In this document: piece by piece, positions 37,870 through 51,622 of the stretch
Position numbering within the stretch: the stretch's first letter is position 1
How the letters are laid out: every line of letters starts with the position of its first letter
DNA from: Camelus dromedarius
Taxonomy: Eukaryota
Reading direction: 5' to 3'
Assembly (NCBI RefSeq): GCF_036321535.1
Contig: NC_087436.1
Span: 78,804,001-78,868,000, forward strand
Length of the DNA: 64,000 nucleotides
Position numbers and translations under genes: made by a program
Notes under the pieces: generated by a model
What the model was told of the DNA's origin: nothing
Seen by the model: only the letters and a program-made list of their open reading frames with translations
Database searches by the model: none

Positions 37870-38300
37870 TGGCAGAGGCTGCTAATTGCTTACCCCATAT
37901 CACTTCACGCTTTCTTCCAAAGAAAGAAAACCAGGATTTCATTCAGGGGTGCAATGCACCAACCAAGAGACTGCACTTCCCAATTTCCCTTGAGCACAAA
38001 TACAGTTAATGAGAAGTAAGTGGATAGGCTGTGTGTGTTCTGGAGAAGCTCCTTATAGGAAACTGACTTGACTGAGCAGTGTTACCCCTACCCCACCCCC
38101 ACCTTCCTTCTGGGTGGAGCTCTTGTGGCTACCTTGGACCTTAAAATGAAAGAATGAAAGTCACAGGCTAAGGATGGGGGAGCAGAAAGCAAAGAAAATT
38201 CAGTTCTGTGCTGCTGCCATAACCTAGACCTTCAGTTATTTATGTGCGAGAGAAACAAATTTCTATCTTGTTTAAGCCAAATACAATTCCCAGCTGATAG
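37870..38300 (+). mobile_element. MaLR LTR (MLT1J-like)
   Basis: GGCAGAGGCTGCTAATTGCTTACCCC...TTCTATCTTGTTTAAGCCA. Confidence 0.55.
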
Positions 38301-39692
38301 ACCCACTGTCAGCCTTCTCCGTAGGCCCTTCTAGGCTCACCCCCAACATTTGTAGGGTCCCTGCCAAGAGCAGAGGTGGAGGCCCCCAGCCTGTGGCCCA
38401 ATCCCTCCTCATCCCACCCCAGCTCTGTCCGCTCTTCGTGGACGTCCAAGCTCATCCCTAAGCTAACACTGTCCACTGGCCACTCTTCTGGACTAGGGCG
38501 CACACACACTTCCCGCTAGGTCAGAGCCTGGGAGAGGCTGGTGTAGGTTCTGAAAGTGAGCTCAGAGCCGTTTGGGCAGGGAATTCCACCCTAAGGCATG
38601 GTCTAGAAGCAGAAGGTTGCAGGTGGCATGCCCCCTCGCCCTGTGATCTCCTCACCCAGTGGGGAGAAGCACGGCCCTGAAGGCACAGGACCCAGGGCAG
38701 GGGCCCAAATAGCCACGGTCTAAATGAGACACCACTAGCTCGCTTCTCTCCCTCACCTCCATATGCCTGCCTTTTCATTGCTCACGACTTGACAGGAGAG
38801 CGAAACCTGAAGTCGTCCAGTTAACTACTTTTTGTAACAGCCTTGGTAAAACGACCTTTTAGAGAAAAGTCTGGAACTATAGCTTGAAATGTGTTGCTTT
38901 CCTGTTACCCTCAATGCCACTATCTTTGCTCTTTTATTAGACTGTGTAATGGAAAGCTCTCTGGCAAGCTTTTCTTTGCTAAGCTGTCATTAGGATGGCC
39001 AAGCACAGTTGCTCAATCAACTGCAGCATCAGTGCTGGTGTAAATCCTGGGTCTCTCCCATTTACACATTTGAATGTCTGGGGCAACTCTCCCAGCTGAG
39101 TCTGTTTGCAACTTTGCTCCGGGAGTGAGTGGAATCAGTGCAAACCCCGGCCCCTGAAACTAGAACAGGGACTGTTGCCTTCAGAGGACCACAGAGGACC
39201 ACAGAGGACCGCAGAGGGAACCCTGCCCAGGAGGGGGATTCTCTAAGGTGTGACGCTGAAGTGGACAACGAGCTGGGCAGCTTTCTGTTTCTCAGGAAGC
39301 CCCCCACTCAGCCTAGGGCAGCAAGGACTGAGACCAGGTGAAAGGCTGCTGACAAGGGGACCCACCACTCCAGCTCCCACCCCTAAGTGCAAGGACTTAT
39401 TCCTTAAGGAATCTGTCTGCTCCACGTGGCCTGACTGGTGCCACTGGTAAAGCTGACTTCTTGAACGTGAAAATGCCCAAAGGCTGCACTATCTTTGTGT
39501 ATCATGGAAGCTCTCTTCCTTTCATTCAGTGATTTGAAGTCTTATTTTGGATTTTGAGTCTCCACGCTGTCTAGGCTGAATAGTGACCAAAGGACATGAG
39601 TGGCCACTCACACTTCAGAGAACCATTGCAGCCCCTTTCAAACAAGATATAACCCAAAGAACACTGAGCCAATAATCCAAAATGTAGGTCCT

Positions 39693-40050
39693 TGCTAGAG
39701 ACTGAATGTTTGTGTCCCACCTCCCCAAAATTCACATGTTGAAACTTAATCCTCATGCAGTGATGGCCTTTGGGAGGTGATGAGGTCATGAGCGTGGAGC
39801 CCTCGTGAGAGGGATTAGGGTCCTTATGAAAGTGACCCCAGAGAGCTCCCTTGCCCCTTCTGCTGTGTGAGGACACAGCAAGAACACAGCCATCTATGAA
39901 CCGGGTAGAGGGCCCTCACCAGACACCGGATCTGCCGGCACCTTGATCTTGGGCTTCCCAGCCTCCACAACTGAGAAGTAAATGTTTGTTGTGTGAGACA
40001 GCCAGTCTATAGAACTTTTTTTTTGTCATAGCAGCCCAAACAGACTGACA
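39693..40050 (+). mobile_element. MaLR LTR (MLT1A-like)
   Basis: TGCTAGAGACTGAATGTTTGTGTCCC...CACCTTGATCTTGGGCTTCCCAGCCTCCA...GCAGCCCAAACAGACTGACA. Confidence 0.85.
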
Positions 40051-40070
40051 GTATTTTTTTTAACCTTTAG

Positions 40071-40202
40071 TTTTTAAAATTTTTTCAGATGGGGACATAA
40101 TTAGGTTTATTTTTTAAAAATTTTAATGGAGGTACTGGGAATTGAACCCAGGCCCCCATGCATGCTAGGCACACACTCTACCACTGAGCTATACCCTCCC
40201 CT
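40071..40202 (-). mobile_element. tRNA-derived SINE (Vic-1-like)
   Basis: GGAGGTACTGGGAATTGAACCCAGG...CTCTACCACTGAGCTATACCCTCCCC. Confidence 0.9.
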
Positions 40203-40545
40203 ACAACAATACTTCTATCCCCAACTTTCTATTTACATTGTTTATTGGTTCTTTTATGGGAAAAATGGAAGGCATAGGTTAAATGATTTGTAAGGTCCCT
40301 CCAAGTCCAGTGGCTCTATATAGTTCTCTAAAGTGACAGGCATAACAAATATCTTTGCCCCCACCTTCATCCAACTCCTTCTCATCTCATTGGCTTAGAA
40401 GCTAGTTCCTTCCAGCCTGCAAGGTGGGCTAGGAGACCCCTCTCTCTCCTATAATAGCACTCCTCTCACTAGAGTGTAATTGTCTGTAAATTAATTTGTG
40501 GGTTCCTTGCTAGTCTGAAAATTCTAGGGGGACAGAGACTAATCT

Positions 40546-40631
40546 TTTAATTGAAATGTATTTGATTTACAAGGTTTCAGGTGTACAGCAAAGTGATTCG
40601 GTTATACATATATGTATATATATATACATAT

Positions 40632-40691
<60 letters not shown>

Positions 40692-40963
40692 TTTTTCAGA
40701 TTCTTTTCCATTAAGGTTACTCCAAGAAATTGAATATAGTTCTGTGTGCTATACAGTCGGTTCTTGTTGTTTATCTATTTTATATATAGTAGTGTGTTTC
40801 TGTTGATCCTAAACTCCCAATTTATCCCTCCCCTATTTCCCTTTCCCCTTGGGTAACCATAAGTTTGTTTTCTATGTCTGTGAGTCTGTTCCTGTTTTGT
40901 AAATGAGTTCATTTGTATCATTTTTATTCACATTCCACATATAAGTGATATTGTATGATACCT
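40546..40963 (-). mobile_element. L1 3' end with expanded (TA)n
   Basis: Reverse L1 3'UTR with degenerate TSD GACRGAGAMYAATCTTT-like flanks; TA run at about 40606-40688. Confidence 0.85.
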
Positions 40964-43131
40964 GACGGAGAACAATCTTTGAGGTTGTATCCTCAGCACA
41001 GATTTCTAGCAAGAGCTCAAAGATACATATGAAATGATGACACAAGTGGGTAGTTTCTGATAGCTACAACCTCCTTTGGTCACTGGACTGGTGATGAAAG
41101 CCGTTCACAGATCACTATTCAGGCAGCATGCTGAAACAGTCTTTGTCCTTCAGCCTGCATTTAGAAAGAGGCTTTGGGCATATGTACCATGAGTATACTC
41201 CTAATGATGAATCAGACTACCACATCTTTTCAAGGGAGAAGATGAGAAAAAAATCTTCTATTTTTATGATCAGAGAAACCCGGACTGTGACATAGAGCTC
41301 AGCTCTCATGAATAAAATAGAAGATCCTCTGCCTTCTCATCTAAGCTCGTCAAATTACTCTAAGGTCTGATTGTCCCAAAGCATTACTAATTGTAGAGCA
41401 GCATCATTTATATCACAAAATTGGAAATGACACACATACCCAGTCGCAAAGTGATGGTTAAATAAACTATGACACTCAAACGGCGAACTCACGCAGCCCT
41501 TGATGATACCTGCTAGACAATCTGAAGTTAAAAGGCGAGACATGAAATTGCATAAGCAGTATGACTGCTGTCATGTAAAATATATCAAATACACGCACAA
41601 AATATGGACGGAGATACTACAGAACCCGAACAGTAGCTGTGTCCATGTGTTAGGGCTGTGATGCTTTTCTTTCTACTTCGCTGAAGTTTGCCGATTTTCC
41701 TTAATGACCCTTAATGTGTCACTCTCATGGTGAAAAAAAAAATCAAATCAACACATCCTTTAGTTGTTAACTGAAAATGTCTTTTATTTTCTGCTGTAAA
41801 ACTTCTGGCTATTGATACTGGCTGTGTCCCCTGAGAGAGCCATATGGAGGAGCACAGAGAAGGCCCGATGGTGAAGCCAGCAGAAAGCAGAGGGCGGAAA
41901 GACATGGACTCCTCTGGAGCAGCAGCTGTCTCTGTAATAATAGTCATCCCTGATCTAAGCTCTTCCTACATGCCAGGCATTTCCCACACGTTTTTTTTTT
42001 TTTCATAAAAGCTGTAAGAGATGGGTGCTACTGTTACTCCCATTTTACAGCTGAAACTGAGCACTACAGTGGTCAGTTCTTTTGCTGGTACGTGGAGGAA
42101 GCAGAGGGTGAGCCTGAGGGTCTGTCTCCACCATCCGCCATTCTCTCACCATGTGTTATACCCACTCCGATGTCAAAGGAGAGGCTGAGGGGAAAATAAG
42201 CCCATTTCTAAGCCATACTTCCTCTCATGCAAGGGTCTCTTCTGTCAGAGGCACAGCCTCCATTTCCATTTTCAGGAGATTTTGTTTGATAAGTCCTTAA
42301 ATGACTCTGCCTGTCAGTGGAGAGGGTGTCCGGTAACCACTTGTTCACCATATTACCTCAAGGCTGTAACCAGAGTGCAATCCAAAAATTGTCTCTCTTT
42401 GCACATAAATTGCTCTGTGGTAACAAGCCCATTTACAAGTGCTCTTATTGTGGCCAAGTTTGCAGATCCAGACCAACATGGATACAGTCCATGCCAGCTT
42501 CCTAGTTAAAATGTGAACTCTGGTCACTCTAGTTGCCAGCACAATTACAAGCCATCTTTCATCATGTGCTGGTTGAAAATAGATTCACCCTACAAATGCT
42601 GACAGCCTGAATACGCTCATGAGTGCACACAAGCACTTTGAGGCTCTTTGTTACATAGTCACATTTTCTCCACACAGAAACCTACTGGTGTTCACATTTC
42701 CAGGACTGGGGAGGTTGAGGGGAGACTTTACTACAAGAGAATTTCAGGAGAACACAGCAGGGTACCTACAGAGAGTCCAGTCCCTTCGGAGTCAAGTGTA
42801 TCACAAAAATAAAGCAAGTGCTCTCTGCCCTCCTCGCCACCCCAGGGAAACACCAGTGGGCGAGTCCACGGCAGCATTCCATGAGATCAGTCATGCAGAT
42901 TGATCCAAACGAAATGACAAGTGGGCTTAAAGGAAATCCATTTCCAAATCAAGTTTAAATTCAAAACAAAGAGCCAAAGGGAATGAATAAACAGAGAAAT
43001 CCTAACAAGAAGACCCAGTCATCAGGGTAAGCGCTATGAGGGGATCTACTTGGGGATACTGTTGCACCCATTGTGCTCTCTGTCTCCGGGTCCTGTCCCA
43101 GAGGGACGATCGGTGGTGTCAGTTCACTTAC

Positions 43132-43337
43132 TTTCTCTGGAACCGGACCACGGGATCAGCCAGCAGGTCAGTGAAGTCAAGCCTCCTCCCCTTCTCGATG
43201 ACATCCCGATGCTTGCGGACGAACAGCCACCCGACGTGGGAGAAGAAGAAGCCCCGGCGGGCGTTGTGGGGGTCAGCATCTGTCTCCGAGTACTTGTGGT
43301 GGACTCGGTGGTCCCTGGACCACTCGAAGATGTCGTT
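43132..43337 (-). CDS. SCD5: SCD5 coding exon 3 (206 nt)
   Basis: ctgtag|AAC GAC ATC...CAG AGA AA|gtaagt. Translates NDIFEWSRDHRVHHKYSETDADPHNARRGFFFSHVGWLFVRKHRDVIEKGRRLDFTDLLADPVVRFQR(K) with the second His box HRVHH. This frame is not in the ORF track and was read by hand. Phase 0 to phase 2. Confidence 0.97.
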
Positions 43338-44349
43338 CTACAGAGAGAATGCAGACCCTTGTGAAGACGGAAAGCATCCTGGCGCCTTCTCAAAAGCTTT
43401 TTGGCCGCCCCCACCCTCACCACTGACTTCCTCTTGTTCCCATCCTCAACCCGCAATCTTCTAACCCTGAGTTCAATCCCTGGGGTGGGTTTGGGTGGTT
43501 TTCACCCAAACAAGAGTAAATCCTCACTAAGTAGGGATCTTAGCTTGTGTTTGCAATGTGCCCTTGGCAGGAGTTTCAGGCTTGAGTGAACTAGTGGGGA
43601 AACCTGAAAGAAAGTTCTAGGGGGGAGCCTAGGGGCTACTAAAGTCTCCTGGCAGATCATTCCTGTCAAGAAAAGAGAGATCCAGTCTCAGGATCAAGTC
43701 TTAGTGGTCAGAGAAGAGAGAACCTCAAGGATGAAAGGAGATGCGTTCTTAGCCTGGGTCTGTCTGCCCTCCCTCCCCCTCTTTCATGGGCTTCAGGTCC
43801 AACACACAGAGCACAGGAAGCTGATAAGTAAAAACCCAAAAAGCTACTTCGCTAAATCACTGCAAAATACCAAGGCACAAATAACATTGTTTGAGGACTG
43901 CTGTAACAGGGTGTCAGAGAAAAGGAGGAGAGGGGAGGCTCCTGGAGGAATCTGGTGTACTTGGCCGGATGCACCAAGCGAAGAAGTAGCAACGCCTGAG
44001 GGGCGAGCGGCCCCCACTGGAAACCCAAGAGACACTCTGGTGCCCAAGGAAGAACCATCAGGTCCAGCAGACTGTGCCAAACCCACAGCAGGGCGGGGCT
44101 CAGGCACACATGGGAGACCAACCTGTGGACCCTCTGGTGCCGGGAGACACTGTCAGGGGCTGGAGGTCCTGGGTGAGCTGTCAGGGACAGCTTTTCAGCT
44201 AATATTGTTAATGAAACCTTAGCTAAAGCCATGGGTCAGTGTGATCTATAGACTCTCAATTTATATTCAGTTTTGTGTTTATCTGATAATGCTTTCCAAA
44301 CTGAGACAAGAAATTTGGTTGGGAAGTAGAGCTTTTGATAGGAAAATTA

Positions 44350-44522
44350 CAGTTGACTCTTGGACAACACGAGTTTGAACTGCTCAGGTCCACTTATATA
44401 CAGATATTTCAATAGCAAATCCCACAGTACTACATGGCCTGAGGTTGGTTGAATCCGAGGATGTGGAGGGCCAATGACAAATTACAGGTGAGCTAACCTC
44501 CGAGTTGTTCAAGGGTCAACTA
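44350..44522. mobile_element. Tigger2-family (TcMar) MITE
   Basis: TIRs CAGTTGACTCTTGGACAAC and GTTGTTCAAGGGTCAACTA, flanked by TA dinucleotides. Confidence 0.85.
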
Positions 44523-46730
44523 TAATCTGAAAATAAAAATAAACGTATATAGTGTATAAGTCCCCCATTTTTTTTTTTTTAAAAAAAAGGTACTAATGTT
44601 TTATACCATACTCTTCAGTACTCCGTTATGCTTTCATTAGGAATCTGCCATTTCACAATACTGGCTTCATCCTACTCATGAGAAGAGAGGGAACTATTTT
44701 ATTCTCAAAGTTCTAACAGTTCTTTGATTAAAAAAAAGGGTTCACTGAGTTTTTCGTTTCTCTGGCTCACCCAGTGAAGGTGGAAGGCTACTCAACCTTG
44801 TTCATCCTATAGCACCATTAAAAATTTTTTTAAATTTGCTTAACCCTTGGGCAATGGGAAGGGTGGGGAAGATTAGAGACCTTAAGAAGTATATGCTCAG
44901 CTTCGAATACAAAGAGGGAAAAAAGGTGCTTAGCAGTCTATGTAAGGCAAATATTATAGCCTGGCTTGCTGTGATAAGAAAGAGGTCTTTAGATTTTTAC
45001 CAGTGTGTTTAAACATAGTGGTTGCAAACAGTGAAAGCACTTATTTATAATCACAGAATCTGGAGTCGGCAAGGAATTGCAAATGTCAAGACCACTGCAG
45101 CTCAAGGAATAATTTATTCCTTTTGCATTAGTTTATTGCTTTCATTGCAAACCCAACCGAACAAAGGAGAAAAGGGGAATATTCTGTCCCCAGTTCACAG
45201 ATGGCCAAATTAAGACTTAGAAGACACTTATTCAAGCTCATCTAGTTAAGTCACCACAACACTGGGACAAAGGTGGTGCTCCTTCCGTTCTAAGTTCACT
45301 CTCGCTTCAACAAGATATTTCCCTCATTCTCCAAACTTAGGGGAGGGGCGTCTTTTCCAGAGAACTCTCATTTTTCTTGTTAAAGGGTTACGTTGATTTT
45401 GATCAGTTATAAAATAGTTGTCTTGCTTGATTATTGTGTTTTCACTTTGAAAGTAAAAATAAAAATAAGATGACAAATATCAAAATATTGTATGAGTAGA
45501 GATAGCATGTACAACTTTGTGTTTATAAGAACTAAACAAAAACTTACTAATAGTAAAAAAAAAAAAGATTATGTTGATTCTTTATGGCAGTGCAATTTTA
45601 TAAAAACTCAAGTGGAGAGTTCCAAACGGCTAGAAACATTATGCTTATAAAATTAAGCATGATACAACAACAACGAAAGAATTATGCTATTTCTTTATTT
45701 TAATCCTCTTACCTGGATACCTTCCTGACAGAAGCCACTTGACTGTAGCGAGGATTTTGGCCACATTAGAATAATCGAGCACACAATCGAGCCCAAAACA
45801 CTTTAAGCTGTATTTTTTTAGTCTTTTGTTATTGATTTGTTTTTAACTCTAAAGCTGAGTTCAGTGGAAAAGTGACTTAAAGAACAAGATGTAAGCCAAC
45901 AATAGGGCAGAAAGGGAGTGAGATTCATACGCCCACCCCAAGGCCTTTTTCTTCCTATTTATCTGCATTTTGCCTCTACCCTGAAGTGACCGGGAGTGGA
46001 GGCCAACCTATGAACAGCATTCATTTTGATGAAAAGGCATGCGTACCTAGGGTGTGCTGGGTACAGTCAGTATTGTGGAAGGGAAAGCTGAGGGCTGATG
46101 GGCGGAGAGAGATGGTTGAGCAAACTCCTAGAGGTGGTGAGTGAGTGGAAACGGCCTGGAGTTGCTGCTACAGCACCAGCGATCTCCTGGCAATCCTTTT
46201 TCCTCTCAATGTTTAGACAATGCTGATCGTTCTTGCCTGGAACATGAGCGATTCACATCATCCTTGCTTCATGGCAAAGAAAAAAAGTCTGAAGCATAGA
46301 GAGATGGAGACTTTCCATCAATGAACTGACTGTCGAGCATGAACAGACTGTTCCGTCTGTCTGTGCTCTGTGTGCACATTTTAGTAGGGGCATGACATTG
46401 AACTCAGCAGCAATTCCTGAAGCCTAAATACGTGCCCATTCTAACGAATCAATGAACAAATGATTCAACTTGCAACTTAAGATTTCTTACTGAACAGTCG
46501 TTCCTGGTGGATCACAATCTTAATATGCAAGCCCATTTCCTTCAAAAGTGGACACTCACCATGTGTCTCTTGATCACTCCTGACAAAGAATTACTGTGGT
46601 GAAAGGAGCTACATTAGTCCTAAGAGCTCTGCTTAGAACCAAGGCTCAGGCAGGTGGGGAGGAGGACAGGATGAGAAAGCCAATCAGGAGTGTACAGGTC
46701 CATGGAGTCATATGCACCACGAGTCCTACT

Positions 46731-47043
46731 TGGTGCTGTCCAGGAGAATACAAGCCACATATGTGATTTAACTTTTCCCAGTAGCCACATTCAAAAAGTG
46801 AATGTAAACAAACAAAATTAATTTTAATAATGTATTTTTACTTAACATACTACATCCAAAATATCATTCAATATATGACTAGCCTAAGATTATTAATGAG
46901 ATATTTTATATGATTTTTTTTCTGTGCCAATGCTTCGAATTGGGTGTGTATTTCACACTTCTAACTAGCTCAGTTCAGACCAGCCACATCTCAGGTGCTC
47001 GGTAGCCACATGTGGTTGGTGGCTACCATATTGGACAGGGCAG
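46731..47043. mobile_element. MER33/MER3-like hAT element
   Basis: GTGCTGTCCA...AGCCACATGTGGTTGGTGGCTACCATATTGGACAG. Confidence 0.75.
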
Positions 47044-48647
47044 GTCTAACCCATGGCTTGTACAGTTTTCCATGTGTGTGTTGCACTTTTAAAGGTTTTA
47101 AAAAATGCAGTGTTGCTTATGGATGAAAGTGAGAAATTGGCAAAAACCCTGTGAATGGCAAAGGGGCTGTCCATGTCAAAAGCATTAAAATTGTGCAATT
47201 CATTTTCTGGAGTTTATGTTAAGGAAATAATCACGGCTGTGTGCAAAGATCTAATCACAAGGGTGCTCACTGAAGAGAAAACTTGGAAAAACCCTGAATT
47301 TCCACATAACAGGATTTGACTTAGTACCTTGTGATATATTAATTAATTGAATAATATTCGTGTGTGTGTGTGCCTGTGCGTGTGCACAGAAAATTTCTGG
47401 AGAGAAATATTAAGAAAAATGTCTTAGGGTTACCTCAGGGGAGGGAGACTGGGAGGTAGGAGAGGAGGAGAAATACTTTTAGGTTTTATCTTATATTCTG
47501 AAATTTTTACCAAGAACGTCTGTTGGTTTTGTATCAAAATGACTAGCTGACAAAAAAAGGATATTGTAGTATTGACTTGGAGAGATGAAGTGGAAAGTAA
47601 GGTGAAAAATAGTTTTCAAAATAATAGATACAGTAAATGAAAGCATTTTTAATTTAAAAATGTGTAGTTAGGCATAGAAAAAATTTTAAAACATGTAAGT
47701 CAACCTGTTTACAGTTGTTCTCTAGGAAGTGGGACAGTGGGTGACTTTTAATTTGTTCTTCTCATTTGTATTTTCTAAATTTTTATAATAATTAAGTTTT
47801 TCTTTTTGTGATACGAGGGAAACAAATTATTTAAGTTTCCATACTCCTGAATCAAACAACCCAGCTTCTGCCGTCAGCTCCATGTCAGGAAAAACTACAA
47901 AGCAGAAATATTCATCCAGTAATCCAGGCAGTGACATATCTTTACATCTCCCTTCTTTCTTTGTTCTTACTAGCACTAATCGACCAATCACACCTCAGCC
48001 AGGGTGACAGTGCCCTTGCTTACCCCCACCTTGTGTCTTGTACCTTTATGATTTCACCCTTCAGCACAGATAATATTCCTAAATGGGGCCCCTGCTCAGA
48101 CTGTAGAAATTGAAATTGATCATGTGGTGATTTTTCTCCATAAGCACAGCCCTTGAGAATCTCTGGGACTTGAGCAAAGGTAATCAATCTCAAAAGCTCC
48201 ACTGAAGCAGATTATGAAGCAACTCACTTCGTCAGAATGACTCTTCCCCAACTTCCTTGTATGTTCAGAATACATTCTTGAATCTAGTCCTCTAACTGGC
48301 AGTAGGGGAAACTGTCTTTTAAAGCTCACATCATCTCCTCTGGGTAGCAAGGGGAAGTCCAAGTCCCAGGCAACAGCTCTGAGACCAGGACCATTGACTG
48401 GCTTTCCCCTAGCATAGCTGCAAACAGATGCCTGCTTCTGACAAGATGGCAGCAGGGTTGTTCTGGCCCCCAATTCAATTGTGTGGCTGCTTAAAGTACC
48501 AAAAGGGAAAATTTACCAGGTGGCCTCAAAACACAGCCAAAGGGAATTCCACTTGTATTCATAATACCTCTTTGTTTCCAGTCAGTAGTGAGAAAGAAAC
48601 TAGGACCAACATTTCAGCTTGAATAGGCAAGTTTTAGAGTAGAACAA

Positions 48648-48669
48648 GTGCACGCACGCATGCGTGCGC

Positions 48670-48749
<80 letters not shown>
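48648..48749 (+). repeat. Alternating purine-pyrimidine tract with (TG)n
   Basis: GTGCACGCACGCATGCGTGCGCGTGTATAT followed by about 36 TG units. Confidence 0.95.
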
Positions 48750-48750
<1 letters not shown>

Positions 48751-49494
48751 TTGTGAGTGATGGCATCCTGTCCAGGAAAACAGTCGTTCTATCAAGGGGG
48801 TCAAAGAGGGGAAGACACTGTGGCCTCCACTCTTTAGGGGCCCTAAAGCTCATGGGAAATAGACTCTATCTCAGTCTCTGGGGTCTGAATTTAATCTCCT
48901 CCAGCTCAGATGCCAACACTGTCCTATTCAAACAGTGAAGAACGTTCGGTGCTTTCCCCACCATTGATATTGGGTCAGTACTGACTTTCCTCCAGACAAC
49001 ACTGACAATCTGGAAGAAGAGCCCAGAAAGTCCCCGAGAAGGGCCTGGCAGCAGTCTTCCCCGCCTGGCACATCGCAGCTTTGAGAGAACAAGTCCCCAC
49101 CTGCTGCCCAGCTCTCACGTGGCACTCAGCCTGGGGAGGACTCAGGAGCCGGGCAAATGCTGAAAAGCCAACTTTAGGGGTTTAAAAGTGCTGACCAAAC
49201 TTACAGATTGCAAAGTAGGAAAGGAGTGTCTCATATTTTCTTTCATTACTCCAGGATTTAAATCTCTTATAACAAGAATGCCTTGAATAAGACATACTAT
49301 TTAAAAACATATTTTTAACACACATCTTAAAAGTGGCTTGGGTAGTCCTCTTGGTAGATGAGTCTGCCTTCTGTGAATCTTTCCAATTAGGGTTTGGGAG
49401 AGTTTTTTGGTCTGTGATGTGACCATTGTTTAGTCTTCTAATTTCAATCTCCACTCAATGAGTCAAAATGTTGGGGAGGAAAGGGCCTGGAAAA

Positions 49495-50935
49495 TAATGG
49501 CAGCCCAGCAGTAATGAACACACCTCACTCCCAGATCCTGGTTTCTAAACACCATTTCCCACTAAAAGAAACCAGGACTCTTTGGTGTAATGGCTGGTGC
49601 CAGGACAAGGGCAGGAAAAACACAAGAGGAACTTTGCAGATTTTGTTATGCCAGAAAGTCAGGAATTGCTCAAAAAATGGTGGGGACATGTCAAAAAGGA
49701 CATACGAGTCTGTTTGTAGTATCTCCTACTGAACAAACTGGGGTAATTTGATAAATAATGTGAGACATTAAGATGAATAATAACAGGAATGGATTAAAAT
49801 CCATTTAATAAAATAGGAACCCATGAGCCCATAATAAATAAATACATAAAAAGTAAAATGCCAACCAACAAATGTAGAAGAAATAATGAAGTCAGAAAAT
49901 CGCCATTTTTTTTGAAGGTGCCATAGCAATAGCCGATACAGGCAAGACCCACCAAGGTAATGCTAAAACTACTGGATAAAAGGTTGATTTAAAAAAGTAT
50001 TACATAAGTAGCTCACAGCAAAAAAAAATGTGACAATGAGTATATGTATGTTCATGTATAACTGAAAAATTGTGCTCTACACTGGAATTTGACACAACAT
50101 TGTAAAATGACTATAACTCAATAAAAAAAAGTTTAAGAAATAAAAATTTAAAATAAAACAGAAAAAAAAATTACATAAGCCCACAGTATCTCAGCATAAA
50201 TTAGTCATTAATTACAAAAGGAAAAATAGTAATCTTACAGTGGAGAGATCAGGTAAACACCACCTTAACCAAGTGATTAAAGTTCATACCACTAATAATA
50301 TGACAAAGTGATACTATGAGCCTCCGGTCTGATGCTCAGGACACATGATCGTTAATGGAGCGTTCCTGCCCAACAAGCACAGGCTGAGTGTAGTTATGCG
50401 GAAGCATGAGCAAACCCAAAAAGAGGAGCATTCTGCAAAATAACTGGTCTGTGCATCTCAAAAGTGTCAATGTCATAAGATCAAAGACCAAGGAACTATT
50501 CCAAATGAAAGGAGACTAAAGAGACACTTCAACTCACTGTAATGCAGGACCTTGAGTTGGCTCTTGGGCTAGGATCCTGGGTATAGTATTGTATCAAGAT
50601 TCAATTCCCTGATGCTGGTACATGTGCCGTGATCACATGAAATGTCTTTCCCATTAGGAAATACACACTGAACTATTTAGGGATGAAGAGGCATGAAGTT
50701 TGTAACTTACTTTCAGATGATTCAGGAAAAAAAATAACACAGAAGAATGCATCTACTACACCCATATGGAGAAAGAAAGAGAATAAGAAAGCAAATGAGG
50801 CAATATGTTAACAATGAGTGTACAGGATGTACAGGTGTGTACAGTGAAAGGTGTACAGGAGTTCTTCATGGTATTTTTGCAACTCTTTGGGAAGTCTGAA
50901 ATTACTTGCAAGTAAAAAGTTAAAGCTAAAAAAGA
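49495..50935 (+). mobile_element. Old L1 (L1MC-like) 3' region with a nested younger L1 tail
   Basis: L1MC-like 3'UTR motifs; younger L1 tail at about 50016-50170 flanked by TSD ATTACATAAG. Confidence 0.65.
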
Positions 50936-51622
50936 CAAATGTCGAGGGCATCTTTCTTTAAAAATCTCAGGTTCTCCCCTTGCACTCCATTCCTACCCAC
51001 CACCCTTGTTCGGGCTGTCACCAGTTCACCTGGACTCCTGCAGTAGCCTTCCAAAGCCGCCTGCCTCTCCCTTGTCCCGGCCCCTCCACAATACATGTGA
51101 TACACTGTGAGCAAAGTCCCCGTGTTCACACTCCCCAAACACCTATCATTCTCTTGCTTCTGATCTGACAGCCCCTCTACATTACTTTTCTCATCAAGTT
51201 TAAACATTTCCTCTTCTTGGCAATCAAAAACTGGCCTGGTCATTCTCATCTTTCCCACTTAATTTTTCTTTAACTGGACAAATATTTATTGAATGTTGGT
51301 CTGTGCTAAGCGATAAAGAAGGAACAAGACAATAAAGGCAATGTCCTCGAGGAGTTTATACTTTATAGGGGAGACGAACATAAATAAAACCATTTCAGAC
51401 TGGGATTCGTGCTGTGAAGCAAATGAGCATGGAGAGCTACAAGGGGGGCACTGAGACAGGCAAGGACTTTCTCATCAGAAACCTTAGGCTGGAAAAAGTT
51501 GGGTGAGAAAGAGCAGGAGAAGGGTAGAGGGGAGGACTTGGCACAGTCCAGGAACTACGAGAAGACCAGCATGCCTGGTGCACGGAGGGCGAGAGTGGTG
51601 CAAGATGAGGTCTGGGAGGTAC

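Noticed and set aside
39183..39216. Short tandem repeats (3x AGAGGACCAC here; also 18861-18890 and 8541-8564)
   Set aside because: Local slippage duplications without spacers; not CRISPR-like, and no function is evident.
43126..43131. Second GT 4 nt into intron 3 that would create an immediate AAG TAA stop
   Set aside because: This is simply the consensus GTAAGT donor; no evidence of use.
43036..43464. Plus-strand ORFs (142 and 104 aa) overlapping exon 3
   Set aside because: Antisense shadows of the GC-rich SCD5 coding exon.
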